Source: Acidobacteriota bacterium (GTDB lineage Bacteria; Acidobacteriota; UBA6911; RPQK01; JAJDTT01). Taken from it: a stretch of DNA of 64,000 bases. The position numbers were made by a program, and so were the translations under genes. The notes under the pieces were generated by a model. The model saw only the letters and a list, made by a program, of their open reading frames with translations, ran no database searches and was not told the origin of the DNA. Shown here piece by piece: positions 51,970 to 62,285 of the stretch; the first letter of the stretch is position 1, and each line of letters begins with the position of its first letter. The DNA is taken from NCBI GenBank assembly GCA_965217775.1, contig CBDCJH010000002.1, positions 3,552,001 through 3,616,000 on the forward strand, in the 5' to 3' direction.

Positions 51970-51999
51970 GGAACACAAAACGGCACTACCCTCCAATGG

Positions 52000-52274
52000 A
52001 GAGGATCGATCTGGTAAGGCCTAATAAACTGACTGCCGCCTTTCTCGATCTCGACAGTCCGTACCTCGCCGGCCCATTCGTAAATATCCTGAAAAAGATG
52101 GTGGTGAATCGCCTTGAGATGATCAAGGTCGAAATCCCCCGTGGGAACCGCTTCCAGAAGGCGTTGCGCTACAAACTGGCGCTCCGCTGCCTCCAGTGTC
52201 GGAAGATCCCTGATATTCAGGTTGTTTCGAAGAACCGTGAAATCAGGAGGATAGCAATAGTCCGGGTCGCTCAT
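52000..52274 (-). pseudogene. fic: Fic toxin, 3'-truncated
   Basis: D.YCYP...VL.N.L.I.D, IH..LFQD.YEWAG.VR.V.I.KG..F; ends before the HPFxxGNGR motif. Confidence 0.8.
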
Positions 52275-52492
52275 TCGACCGCGGCAAGACCCTTGCGGTT
52301 CTTGAGTCGCCGTGCAATGTAGATGCGGCGATCTTCGGGCCTCCATTCTTCCTGTTCGAACATTTCGAACATCGCGACCTCATCGGACCGGAGAGGATTC
52401 GCCTCCATCGCCTGCAGATGCAGAGCCTCGGCCAGACGTTCGCGAACGGAGGCGGCCACGAGCCGACCAAGCTTTCTTTTCTTCTGGATCAC
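52271..52492 (-). CDS. Probable Fic antitoxin (VbhA-like)
   Basis: Small helical ORF with LQAMEANP; ATGA overlap with fic. Confidence 0.65.
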   Translation of the reverse strand: MIQKKRKLGRLVAASVRERLAEALHLQAMEANPLRSDEVAMFEMFEQEEWRPEDRRIYIARRLKNRKGLAAVE

Positions 52493-52610
52493 ACGGTCAA
52501 ACTATCAAAATTTCGCACCCGGATCAGAAGATCGTGACGAGCGGGAGCAAAGTCCTTTCGACCCACGGAAACCAAGCGCGCCAGAACCGTTCGGATGTGT
52601 ACGCCCGGGT

Positions 52611-53594
52611 TCAACCTGCCAAGAAAGGTTTCAGATACCGGGCGCTCCGGGCCACCGCCTCCTCCACCGGCATGACACCGGCGAAGGCTTGGTGGACGGT
52701 CACGTAGCCTCCATACCCGATGGCGTCGAGGCCGCGGAAGACCTCCTCGAAATCGACGCCTCCTTCTTCCCACAGACCGATGTGGTCCACCGCGACGCCG
52801 CCGCGGCCCCAAGTTTCGACCACAGTCACCCCGGAGGGAGTCAGGAGGTGGTTCTGGACGTACACGTTCATGATCCAGGGCTCGAGTCGGCGGATGGTCT
52901 CGGCTCCGTAGTCCTCCCCGGCGATGAACCAGTTGGCCGGCTCGTAGATGATGCCGAAATTGGAACGGTCGACCCGCTTGAGGACATCCAATGCCCCTTG
53001 GACCGTCTCGAACAAACTGGCGCAATGGGCCTGGTGAGCGAGCCGGATTCGCCGCTCCCGGGCCTCGTCCGAGGCGCGGGCGGCCCATTCGATGTCTTCT
53101 TCCTTCTTCATGCAGATCCGGATCAGATCGGAACCCAGGACCTCGGTCAGGTCCAGGTAGGGCGTGATGTTGCGGAGTCCCTCGGGCCCCTGCTCGTCGT
53201 TACGAGGAACGGCGAAATCGCCGGTGACCATGGAGACGGTCAGACCCGCCTGAGCGATGGAGCGAGCCGCTTCCTGAACTCTTTCCTGCGGCGAGTGGGT
53301 GCCGACCTGAGAGGCTCTCATGCAGACAGCCTCGTAGCCGTGCTCCTGAGCCAAGCCGACGATCTGGTCCAGAGTCAGGTCCGCCCTTTCCTTGGAGCTG
53401 AAGGATTCGGCCACTCGCGCCGACAAAGAAAGCTTCATGGTGTCCTCGTTGGTCGATTCCGGCGGGGGCGGTCCCTCAGCCGTGGGACGGCAACCGCCCA
53501 GGAGACTCAGGGCGCCCAGTCCCAGAATGCCCTCCAGCAGTTGTCGTCGAGTTGGCGCCACCACTTGGTTCCACCCGTCTTCCGGTTCTCTCAT
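52611..53594 (-). CDS. Sugar phosphate isomerase/epimerase (TIM barrel) with TAT/lipoprotein-like leader
   Basis: TRRQLL...GGC leader; YEPAN, GY.GYVTVHQ; ATGA overlap with asd; alternative start at 53438. Confidence 0.8.
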   Translation of the reverse strand: MREPEDGWNQVVAPTRRQLLEGILGLGALSLLGGCRPTAEGPPPPESTNEDTMKLSLSARVAESFSSKERADLTLDQIVGLAQEHGYEAVCMRASQVGTHSPQERVQEAARSIAQAGLTVSMVTGDFAVPRNDEQGPEGLRNITPYLDLTEVLGSDLIRICMKKEEDIEWAARASDEARERRIRLAHQAHCASLFETVQGALDVLKRVDRSNFGIIYEPANWFIAGEDYGAETIRRLEPWIMNVYVQNHLLTPSGVTVVETWGRGGVAVDHIGLWEEGGVDFEEVFRGLDAIGYGGYVTVHQAFAGVMPVEEAVARSARYLKPFLAG

Positions 53595-54670
53595 CGGCTG
53601 AGGCTGACCTCGACTCTCCGCTCGGACCCGTGCGTCCTGTCTCCAGCGAGATGCTCGGCGATCTGGACGGCGTTGAGGGCCGCCCCCTTGCGGATCTGAT
53701 CGCCACAGACGAACAGGTCCAGGCCATGGACGCCGTTCTTCCCGGAGCGGCTGATGTCGGAGCGAATCCGGCCCACGAAGACATCGTCCCGGCCCGACGC
53801 GCCCAGCGGGGTGGGAAAGCGGTTGCCGGTCCGGTCGTCCTGGACCGAGACTCCGGGAGCGTTCGCCAGCAGACTCCTGGCCTGCTCGGCATCGAGGGCC
53901 TCCTCCAACTCCAGGTTGATGCTCTCGGCATGAGCGCGCATGACGGGAACCCGCACGCAGGTGGCGGTGATGGCCACCGAGGAATCGCCCCAGATCTTGT
54001 GGGATTCCCGAACCATCTTCATCTCTTCCGTGTTGTACCCGTCGGGTCCGATTCCCGAGTCGTGGCTGAAGAGATTGAAGGCGTACTGCTGGCGAAAGAT
54101 CTCGCAAGTGGGAGCCCGGCCGTCCAGCACCTCCCGGGTCTGCCGCTCAAGTTCGGCCATGGCCGCGGCCCCGGCGCCGCTGGCGGCCTGGTAGGTGCTC
54201 ACCACGATGCGCCGGACCCGGACGGCGCGGTGAATGGGCGTCACCGGGACGATCATGATGATGGTCGAGCAGTTGGGGTTGGCGATGATCCCGCCGTTGC
54301 CCAACTCCAGGCCCTCCAGGGCTTCCGGATTGACCTCCGGAACCACCAGTGGAATTCCCGGGGACAGGCGAAAAGCAGAGCTGTTGTCGACGACGGTGGC
54401 GCCGGCCTCGGCGGCCAGAGGAGCGAACTTCCGGCTGATGGACGCGCCGGCGCTGAACAGGGCCAGTTCCAGGTCCCGGAAGCTATCCTCCGTCAGTTCC
54501 TCGACGCTGTGGGGCTTTCCCTGGAATTCTATGGTCTTGCCGGCGCTGCGGCGGCTGGCGAGAAGCTTGAGACGGCCCACGGGAAAACGCCGTTCGGCCA
54601 GCAGGCGCACGAACTCCTGCCCCACGGCCCCGGTCGCACCCACGATGGCTACGCTCAAATTGCCCGACAC
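53591..54670 (-). CDS. asd: Aspartate-semialdehyde dehydrogenase
   Basis: VGATGAVG, DNSSAFR, ANPNCST, YQAASGAG, CVRVPV..AH, RKGAALNAVQI; GTG start with GGAGG RBS. Confidence 0.96.
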   Translation of the reverse strand: MSGNLSVAIVGATGAVGQEFVRLLAERRFPVGRLKLLASRRSAGKTIEFQGKPHSVEELTEDSFRDLELALFSAGASISRKFAPLAAEAGATVVDNSSAFRLSPGIPLVVPEVNPEALEGLELGNGGIIANPNCSTIIMIVPVTPIHRAVRVRRIVVSTYQAASGAGAAAMAELERQTREVLDGRAPTCEIFRQQYAFNLFSHDSGIGPDGYNTEEMKMVRESHKIWGDSSVAITATCVRVPVMRAHAESINLELEEALDAEQARSLLANAPGVSVQDDRTGNRFPTPLGASGRDDVFVGRIRSDISRSGKNGVHGLDLFVCGDQIRKGAALNAVQIAEHLAGDRTHGSERRVEVSLSR

Positions 54671-54765
54671 GACACACCTCCGTCTTGAACCCCCACCCGG
54701 GCAACCGTCGTCGCGGCCTCCAGCCGGCGCGACGGCAACTTCCTGCCACGGAAGGGTAAACAACT

Positions 54766-54793
54766 CGTGACGACGTTGGCCACGGGCTGTCAA
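54766..54793 (-). repeat. MITE A left-end remnant
   Basis: Minus strand TTGA-CAGCCCGTGGCCAACGTCGTCACG, 2 mismatches to the 19576 copy. Confidence 0.7.
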
Positions 54794-54863
54794 CGTGGAG
54801 AAAGAGTATACCAGGATGCCCCCTGCTGAAATTCAGGGCGGCGGGGTGGAGAGAGGCTGCTGC

Positions 54864-55709
54864 TCAGTTCAGCAGCGTCGCCTTCTTGATGTAGTCCAGA
54901 TTGGGGAAATCCCGCTTCAGATAGCCGTTGCCTTCGGCGCGAATCCGCCCTTGACTCGGTCCCCTGCCCGAGGGAGCCCCCTCGCCGTACCCCTTGTAGA
55001 CGGAGTCCACCACCTCCATCCCTTCGATGACTCGGCCGAAGGGGGAGAAGCCGTAGCTGTCCAGGCTCCCGTTGTCCTTGTAGTTGATGAAGAACTGCAC
55101 CGAACGGGAATGGGGCATGTTGGTCTTGGCGAAGGAAACGTAGCCCCGCTGGTTCGACTTCACCACCGGGTCGTCCTGGATGTTGGCGGCGCTCCACTTC
55201 TGCCCGATCATGGGGTCGCCATGCATTCCGAACTGGGCCATGAACCCTTCGATCACCCGAAAGAAGGCGATGTTCCGGAAGTAGCCGATTTTCACCAGGT
55301 TGTAGAAACGGTCCGCGCCTCGAGGCGACCATTTCCGGGTCACCTCGACCACGAAGCTCCCCTTGGTGGTCTCGAACTTGGCCTTGAAGGTGGCGGGTGC
55401 CTTCCCGCTGGCCAGGGAGGGATTCCGTAGAGCGGGATTGGGCCCCTTCATGGGCCGTGGCGGTTTGTCCATCTTGACGGGCTCCGGTTTGGGTTTATCG
55501 GGTTCCTTGGCAGGCTCCGGCGGGGTTGCATCCGCGGCGTCGCCGGCCGCTTCCTCGGCGCTTATCTTGTCGCCCGCATCGGCCACGGCCGCGGCCTCGT
55601 CGGCCGCAGGCGGCTCCGAGGAATCGGCTTCGTCGGAGACAGGCGCACTACAGGAGAGCGAAAGCAACAACAAGAAAAACGCACAAAACTCCCATCGCCT
55701 TGCATGCAT
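54864..55709 (-). CDS. Cyclophilin-type peptidyl-prolyl isomerase, lipoprotein
   Basis: LSLSC lipobox, low-complexity linker, FFRVI.GF.AQFG, QFFIN, PFGRV..GM. Confidence 0.92.
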   Translation of the reverse strand: MHARRWEFCAFFLLLLSLSCSAPVSDEADSSEPPAADEAAAVADAGDKISAEEAAGDAADATPPEPAKEPDKPKPEPVKMDKPPRPMKGPNPALRNPSLASGKAPATFKAKFETTKGSFVVEVTRKWSPRGADRFYNLVKIGYFRNIAFFRVIEGFMAQFGMHGDPMIGQKWSAANIQDDPVVKSNQRGYVSFAKTNMPHSRSVQFFINYKDNGSLDSYGFSPFGRVIEGMEVVDSVYKGYGEGAPSGRGPSQGRIRAEGNGYLKRDFPNLDYIKKATLLN

Positions 55710-55850
55710 GTTTCTCTATCTCCTTCATGTTTTCCGTTTCCGGTCCTCTCTCCAGAGCGCCGATTATTGCCCGGCAGGGGGTTCAGTTCAAGAGACACGG
55801 GTTCGAAGCCACACTCGAATTCGTAGTGCCCAATTCCCAATCCGCGTTTC

Positions 55851-55879
55851 TTGACACTTTTCTCAGACGTCCATAGTTT
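55851..55879 (+). promoter_or_regulatory. Sigma70-type promoter
   Basis: TTGACA-17 bp-TAGTTT, followed by GGGAGG RBS and ATG at 55899. Confidence 0.55.
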
Positions 55880-55898
55880 GATGCAGGGAGGTAGACAA

Positions 55899-57554
55899 AT
55901 GCAGCAGAGGGGCTTTCGAGGGTCGGATAGAGAGGTTGGGGGATCGTCGGCCGGGGCCGGAACCGGCTCACGGTTCGTTGCGGGTGCCCTGTCGGCGTGG
56001 GTTGCTTTTGCGGGCACGGCAGTGGCGGGCTCTGCGGGCCTCCTCCACATCGGCGGAGACAAGCAGCTTTTCATCGACGACTACGTCATCGAGAGTCTCA
56101 GCCACGCCAAGCAGATCCTCAACCCGGCCGTCAAGCATCCGGCGAACCCCCTCTTGAAACAGGACCGTCCCTGGGAGGGTCATTACGTTGGGCTCCAAAA
56201 GTTGATCTATGACCCGGACCGGGGAATCTACCGGATCTGGTACCGGACCACGGGGGCATTCGAATCCCAGAAGGGGGGCCCCGATCGGCTCCGGCCTTAC
56301 CGCTGGGACTGGAGTCTGGAAGACGGGCAGGCCGTCCGCAGCAAAGCGGAGGAGGTTTACGGTTACAAGCAATACGCCGACGGAAAGGATTGGCTTCTTT
56401 GTTACGCCACGTCTAGCGACGGCATCCATTGGGAGAAGCCCAATCTGGGCCAGGTGGAGTTCGAGGGCTCCCGCGACAACAACATCCTACCGCCCGGGAC
56501 CCTGGTTCCCCTGTTTCGGGACGAGCACGAAACCGATCCCGCCAAGCGCTACAAGTCCATGAGGTCCGAGGGCACGACTCCCACCGTCTGGAAGCCGGGA
56601 ATGAAGCCTGGGATGCGGCAAAGCCTCTACTACTCGCCCGACGGCTTCGAGTGGACGCCCTACGACAAAAATCCGGTGATCGACACCGCCCCCAAGATCG
56701 GCCGCTGGGGACCCACCTCACACATGGGCTGGGACCCCATCCGGCAGGTCTACGCCGTGTTCATGGAGCAGTGCCTGCACCGGGGCTGCCCCCGGGGGCA
56801 GCGGATCATCGGCCGGGCCGAGAGTCCCGACATGACCCGATGGACCCCGGATCAGAACGTCCTGATCCAGGACGAGTTGGATTATCCGGACACGGAGTTC
56901 TACTCCATGCCGGTCATGGCCTACGAGGGAATCTACATCGGGTTGCCCTGGATCTTCCGCACCACCAATACGCTGCATTACCCCCAACTGGCCTTCAGCC
57001 GGGACGGGATCCGCTTCGAGCGGCGGTACCGCCAACCCTTCCTGCAGGTGGGCAGCAAAGGGGATTTCGACGAGAGCACCATCTACGTGCACCAGCCCAT
57101 GGTCCGTGACGGGGAGATCCGGATCTACTACTACGGCGGCAACTGGAGGGGGTCCGAGGCACTCCACGAACAGGGAGGCCGGGCCATGTTCGCCGTGGCT
57201 CTGGCGACGGTTCGCGAGGACGGGTTCGTCTCGGTGGACGCCGGCAAGATCCACCCCGGAGTCCTCACGACCCGCTTCCTCAGCTTCGAGGGCCGCCGTC
57301 TGATGGTAAATCTGGAGGCCGCCAAGCACAACCACGGCTCGGGACGGCCCGAGGTCCGGGTCGAGATCATCGGAAACGACCACCATCCGATCCCGGGCTA
57401 TAAGCTGGACGAGTCCGATCCGGCCCGGGTGACCGGGAAGCACGTGATGAGCTGGCGGGGACAGACGGAACTGGGCGCCCTGGCCGGAACACCGGTGCAG
57501 CTGCGCTTCGTAATTCGAAACGCCAAGCTCTTCTCGTTCCAGTTCCGACCCTGA
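55899..57554 (+). CDS. Secreted glycoside hydrolase-like beta-propeller protein
   Basis: QLFIDD, YA.S.DGIHWEKP.LG, repeated SxDGxxW, R.DGFVS, C-terminal LFSFQF. Confidence 0.8.
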   Translation: MQQRGFRGSDREVGGSSAGAGTGSRFVAGALSAWVAFAGTAVAGSAGLLHIGGDKQLFIDDYVIESLSHAKQILNPAVKHPANPLLKQDRPWEGHYVGLQKLIYDPDRGIYRIWYRTTGAFESQKGGPDRLRPYRWDWSLEDGQAVRSKAEEVYGYKQYADGKDWLLCYATSSDGIHWEKPNLGQVEFEGSRDNNILPPGTLVPLFRDEHETDPAKRYKSMRSEGTTPTVWKPGMKPGMRQSLYYSPDGFEWTPYDKNPVIDTAPKIGRWGPTSHMGWDPIRQVYAVFMEQCLHRGCPRGQRIIGRAESPDMTRWTPDQNVLIQDELDYPDTEFYSMPVMAYEGIYIGLPWIFRTTNTLHYPQLAFSRDGIRFERRYRQPFLQVGSKGDFDESTIYVHQPMVRDGEIRIYYYGGNWRGSEALHEQGGRAMFAVALATVREDGFVSVDAGKIHPGVLTTRFLSFEGRRLMVNLEAAKHNHGSGRPEVRVEIIGNDHHPIPGYKLDESDPARVTGKHVMSWRGQTELGALAGTPVQLRFVIRNAKLFSFQFRP

Positions 57555-57794
57555 CCCAGCGGCTCGCCGCCGGGAAATTCCAAGCACCAAATCACAACAG
57601 AAAGGGACAGTCTCGATTCCCGTCTCGTTGTGAGAATCCCGCCCGGAAGCAGAGCAGTGAATCCTTGGCAAATGGATGGAAGTCCGGAGGACTTTCCACA
57701 CATTAACAGGACAATTCAGGCTATAGGGTGGTTCCCGTGATCTGGGTCGTCCGGTGCCACGGTGGCAGAATCGACGGGCGGAGATCAGGCGAGT

Positions 57795-58730
57795 CTAGGA
57801 GACGAAGGCGTGCGAGCGCTGCTCCCGCAGGGAAAACAGCACTCCGCCCAGTTGGGGGATGGGGCGTCGGCGACGCCGATATCGACCTTGCTTTCGATAC
57901 GTCTCCAGCAGTTGCGCCACCTTCTCTGCCGGACCGACGGCCAACCCGTCCGTCAGAAATCGCAAACGCCGGCGAAAGGCTCCGGCACGGGTAAATCCAC
58001 GTTGCTGCTCCTGATGGAGGATCCACCGGGGGATCGCGGCCTGGTTCTCCCGGGTGGGGACGGCTCCTCGATAGTACAAGCGAGCCCGGTAACTGCTGTA
58101 CACGTCGGTTCCGGGATCCGAGGGGAACAGTTCCTCCAGTGGAATCAGATCTTGATCCTCGCCGGTGAGTCTCCAGCGGGCCGAGCCCCACTGCCATTGC
58201 TCGGGCCTTTTGACCAGTCCGGCCCGGACGGCGTTGAGTTCCACGTAGAGGATGGCGTCCTGGACGGCTTCGCTTCCCAAGAGTTCCGGGTTCTTGAAAC
58301 GATCACCCCAAAGATGGCCTCGCCGTTTGAAATTGCGGTTGAACCACCGGGCATAGAACCCGTCCACGTTCGCCATCAGTTTCGACACGTCAAAGAGACG
58401 CTGGTTGAAAGCCTCCCACTGGGCGACGGTCCAATCGGCGGTTTTCTTCTCTGCCTGTTGTCCATAAAGCTTGTGGGCGCTGTCCATCAACTCGTCGCGG
58501 GACAGGGGGCGGGGTTTCTCAAAATGGATGACGAAGTGGAAGTGATTGCCCATGATCTGGAAAGCGGCCAAACGACACCGGTAGACATTGACGTAGAACG
58601 ACATCATGTCCAGGAGTTTGCGACCGGCTTGGTGGTTTTTAAAGGGGAACCAATCGGAATTGCCGGCGACTCGATTGGTGAGGTGATAGAAGGCGGCTTC
58701 TGAACTCTTGTGTCGTGCGGCTCGGGCCAT
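57795..58730 (-). mobile_element. REP-associated tyrosine (Y1/HUH) transposase, RAYT-like
   Basis: YHLTNR, MGNHFH (HUH), GHLW.DRF, YVELN.VRAGLV, W.W.S; flanking AAAGGGACAGTCT (57601) and AGACTGTCCCCTTTT (58980). Confidence 0.88.
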
Positions 58731-59004
58731 GGCCACAATCCTCGGTTCGGTTAGGACTCGGACTCGCGGCGTAGTCGTTTCGCAAACCTTTATGACACCA
58801 ACGATTCAGAACTGAGAAAGGCGAAGGAAACTCAAGAAACCCGGCAAACCTCATCTTTCCGGATGCAACCGAGGAAACTTGACCAGGTGACCACCTCAGT
58901 CGTTTTGGCAGCCCAAGGAGCCGGTACTTTTGTGGTCTATTCCATGCTTCCGGTCCCCCTGCCTCCGGTCCCCAAAAATAGACTGTCCCCTTTTTCTCTT
59001 TTTC

Positions 59005-60498
59005 TCACTTGAACCGGAAGGAATAGAGATCGGCGTCCTGGAGGACGATGCGCAGGCGGACCGTCTTTCCGGCGACTCTCCGGAGGGGTTTCGCACGAAC
59101 CTTGCCTCCATGAATCCACCCGGCCTTCCCTTCCAGCTCGTCCCCCCAGATGGGGACCGATTCGGTCAGTGAGAGTCCGGGCGCCGGGTTGCCGTTGACG
59201 TCCTGGATCTCCACCTGGATGGAGCCGGCCGCGGAAGTGGAGTAGTTCAGGATCAGGTTCTCTCCGCTGAACCGGAACGGTTTCGTGATCAACTCGCCTC
59301 CCGGATAGCCGGCGCTGGCGGAGGCGAAGCCATCGGTCCTGACCACGACGCGCTGCAGGTGCGCCGTCGGATAAGTGTAGTGCTGCACCGTGTAGAGGGA
59401 GAGCTCCCCCGGCGCCGTGGGGACGATGCCCCGGGCCACTATGCCGTTCCGGTGGATCCAGTTGCGCCGGTCCCGTCCGGGACGGATGAAGGCTTCCATG
59501 AAGCGGTGCCAATGGACCCCGTCCCGGCTGCTCATGAAGACGGCATCGGAGATTCCGGCCCTTTCGGAGGCAATGGCGGGATCCAGATGCCGGGGAATCC
59601 TCCAGTTGACGAAGCGCTTGGGAAAGGAAAGGTAGATATGGGGAGCGCGAAAATAGGGAACGGTGGCATTGGTGTAGAGCTGCTCCGTGGGAGCGTCACC
59701 GTAGTCCACCCACCGGCCCTCGGACCATTCGACGAAGTCCTTGGAGGTGGCGTACTTGAGGGTCCGGACCCCGTGGACGAAATCTCGGTAGAGCGCCACG
59801 TAGATCCCCCGCTCTCCGTCCCAGAAGGCCACGTTGTGGGAGTCGAAGGCGCCGTCGGTGATGACCGGAACCTCACGCATCCAGCTCCAGCGGATGCCGT
59901 CGGGAGAGGACAAGGCCACCAGACCCCGATGGTTCCCGGGCTTGGCGAAGGCCACCGCCTTGTAGCGGGCCTCGGCCGGCGCCGACGGATTGTCGTCCCG
60001 GAAGGGATTCAGCTTGGCGGCACCCCGGATCTCCAGAATATTGTTGTCCCGGGTGCCGTTGAACTCCACCTGCCCCAATGAGGGACGGGTCCAGTGGATG
60101 CCGTCGCGGCTCTCGGCGTAGCAGGAGACCTTTTCGTGGGCGGCGACCCAAGTCTCCCCCGGTTCCAGCTCCTCCCGGTGGATATAGTCCACCGCGGCGC
60201 TGCCCCGGTAGTACATCCGGAAGACCTCCCCGTCCTTGAAGACCGCCACGTGAAAGGGAATGTTCCCTTCCCAAGGCTGGTCGAAGACGAAGACCTTCTC
60301 GGCTCGCCGGGGCTGCTGGACCTCCAGTTCCACCCCATTCATGGACTCGATGAGGGCATCGTCGACGAAAAGCTCCAGACGGGTCCCCAGGTTGGGAGCC
60401 GGGTTGGAATCGGCGGCCTTTTTTCCGTGACTCGACGCCTCGACGCCGGGCACGCCCACCAGAACCAGCACTACAAACATCCGCAAAATCGATTTCAT
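59005..60498 (-). CDS. Secreted glycoside hydrolase-like beta-propeller protein (paralog of 55899-57554)
   Basis: ELFVDD, YAES.DGIHWTRP.LG, SPDG..W, R.DGFAS, LYSFRF. Confidence 0.8.
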   Translation of the reverse strand: MKSILRMFVVLVLVGVPGVEASSHGKKAADSNPAPNLGTRLELFVDDALIESMNGVELEVQQPRRAEKVFVFDQPWEGNIPFHVAVFKDGEVFRMYYRGSAAVDYIHREELEPGETWVAAHEKVSCYAESRDGIHWTRPSLGQVEFNGTRDNNILEIRGAAKLNPFRDDNPSAPAEARYKAVAFAKPGNHRGLVALSSPDGIRWSWMREVPVITDGAFDSHNVAFWDGERGIYVALYRDFVHGVRTLKYATSKDFVEWSEGRWVDYGDAPTEQLYTNATVPYFRAPHIYLSFPKRFVNWRIPRHLDPAIASERAGISDAVFMSSRDGVHWHRFMEAFIRPGRDRRNWIHRNGIVARGIVPTAPGELSLYTVQHYTYPTAHLQRVVVRTDGFASASAGYPGGELITKPFRFSGENLILNYSTSAAGSIQVEIQDVNGNPAPGLSLTESVPIWGDELEGKAGWIHGGKVRAKPLRRVAGKTVRLRIVLQDADLYSFRFK

Positions 60499-60519
60499 AG
60501 ATCGCTCCTTACCCGTACA

Positions 60520-61425
60520 CTACATGCCGAGCCGCCGGCTCGCCGGATCGATGATCCAGAGCCAATCGTCCGCGAGGAACTCCAGCCTCTGGGCCATCAG
60601 GGCGATGCGCCCCATCACCGTGTAGCCGAAGCCGGCCCCGAAGGTGATCATGAGGAACCAGATTCCCAGGCGCGAGACGCCTCCCACGACCCCCTTGTGC
60701 TCGATGGAAAAGAAAAAATAGACCAGACAGGACAAGACTCCGACCACGATGGTCAGATTCTGGAGGGAGGCCGAAAAGTCGAATCCCTGAGTCCCCACCA
60801 CGACGAGGGGAAGAATCGTGCTCTGGACCTGCCGGATGAAGTCGCCCTGGAGATAGCCCAGGAGCCGGATCCCGGCGGTGGCTCCGATGAAGAAGGCCAG
60901 GGCCCAGCGGGAGATCCAGCCCCCGACCGGAGAGAGTCTCATCAACATCAGGACGCTCAGGAGCAGTGGGACCAGGTAGATGAGTTCCTGTTCCTGCGAC
61001 TCCGGGAGGCCCGGGAGCACCGAACCCCGGACCAGATCGGGAGCCAGCTTGCTGAACAGGTTCTGAACGATTCCGGTCCAGAATCCGACGACCATCCAAT
61101 AAGCCGCCGAGACCCCGACAAAGATGGCCTCCGCCAACTTGTAAAGGGGATTGTCGCCATAGAGAAAGGAGAGGATGAAGAGCGTGAAGAGGGCGGCCAA
61201 CCAGTTCCCCACGGTTCGGGACCAGCTCACCCGAACCCCCTCTTCACCCTGCCGCTTGGGATCCACACCGGCGGTCCGGCTCCAGGATTCCTGACCCGGT
61301 TCCTGGACTTCCACCGGCTGGTCCTGAACGTAGACCAGTCCCATGCCTCCCGTCGCCAGCCTCACCAGCAGGTAGATCCCGGCCACCACCATCAATGCCG
61401 TCCAAACCCACCCGGAGCGGCTCAT
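60520..61425 (-). CDS. Uncharacterised polytopic membrane protein
   Basis: About 7-8 TM; SFLYGDNPLYKLAE.IFVG, YFFFS.EH, GA.FG.TVMGR. Confidence 0.85.
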   Translation of the reverse strand: MSRSGWVWTALMVVAGIYLLVRLATGGMGLVYVQDQPVEVQEPGQESWSRTAGVDPKRQGEEGVRVSWSRTVGNWLAALFTLFILSFLYGDNPLYKLAEAIFVGVSAAYWMVVGFWTGIVQNLFSKLAPDLVRGSVLPGLPESQEQELIYLVPLLLSVLMLMRLSPVGGWISRWALAFFIGATAGIRLLGYLQGDFIRQVQSTILPLVVVGTQGFDFSASLQNLTIVVGVLSCLVYFFFSIEHKGVVGGVSRLGIWFLMITFGAGFGYTVMGRIALMAQRLEFLADDWLWIIDPASRRLGM

Positions 61426-62282
61426 GACGCCACCCCCTTTCGCCGCTCCCAGAAGTAGATGACGTTGCCCAGAACGATGAGCAGGATCACCAGCATGTGG
61501 GCCAGGAGCTGTGGGCCCATTCGCCGCAGTCCCTCCTGCGCCGTGTCATTTTCCGCCAGGCCGGGATAGAGGTCGATGACCGCCTGCTCGTATTCGGCCG
61601 CCGCCTTGATGGCCGCCAGCAGGCCGGTCAGTTGTCCCGGAATGTAGGGATACAGCGACGGGGCCGTGACTCCCGTGGTGCCCCCGACGATCTCCAGGTC
61701 GTAGGGGGTCGCGGCATAGAGCACCCACTCCTTGGTGCCCGGATAGCCCGCGCTCACGTTGACGATGAGGTCCATCTGGCGGATGTTCTTCAGGTTTCGG
61801 GTGAGTGGCAGCTCATCCAGGCTGGTCCCGTCCACGTCGTTGGCGAAGAGCTTCTTCAGGTCCCCCACCACCACCTTGATGACCCCCTCGCTGCCGGGGC
61901 GGAACCCCAGGTTCACGTAGTCGCTCCCGTACTCGTAGTCGGGAAACTCCCGCTTCAGGAGGTCGATGCTCTCCTGGATCAACGGCCCTCCGGTGGCCCA
62001 GAGCGTCAGGAAGTAGAGCTTGTGCTTCTTGTAGGCGCAGTGGCGGACGAAGGCGGCGGCCATGGGACTCAGCTCGCCCCGGCTGGCGGGGTCGAAGTCC
62101 CAGGCCATCAAGACTTCCGATCCCTGGGGGAGCTCCTCGATGGCCGAGCGGACGTTCAGGACCATGGGCGATGGACTCTCGGGAAACCGGATCCCGAACA
62201 GTAGCGGAATCAGGATGGAAATCAGCATCAGGAGAAAGATCCAGCGCCGGTCCAGATTGCGAAAGAATTCGGCGACCTTCAT
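61422..62282 (-). CDS. Uncharacterised membrane protein (TM-soluble domain-TM)
   Basis: DRRWIF + TM, DYVNLGF.PG, GL......AAEYE, C-terminal TM; ATGA overlap with next gene. Confidence 0.85.
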   Translation of the reverse strand: MKVAEFFRNLDRRWIFLLMLISILIPLLFGIRFPESPSPMVLNVRSAIEELPQGSEVLMAWDFDPASRGELSPMAAAFVRHCAYKKHKLYFLTLWATGGPLIQESIDLLKREFPDYEYGSDYVNLGFRPGSEGVIKVVVGDLKKLFANDVDGTSLDELPLTRNLKNIRQMDLIVNVSAGYPGTKEWVLYAATPYDLEIVGGTTGVTAPSLYPYIPGQLTGLLAAIKAAAEYEQAVIDLYPGLAENDTAQEGLRRMGPQLLAHMLVILLIVLGNVIYFWERRKGVAS

Positions 62283-62285
62283 GGG

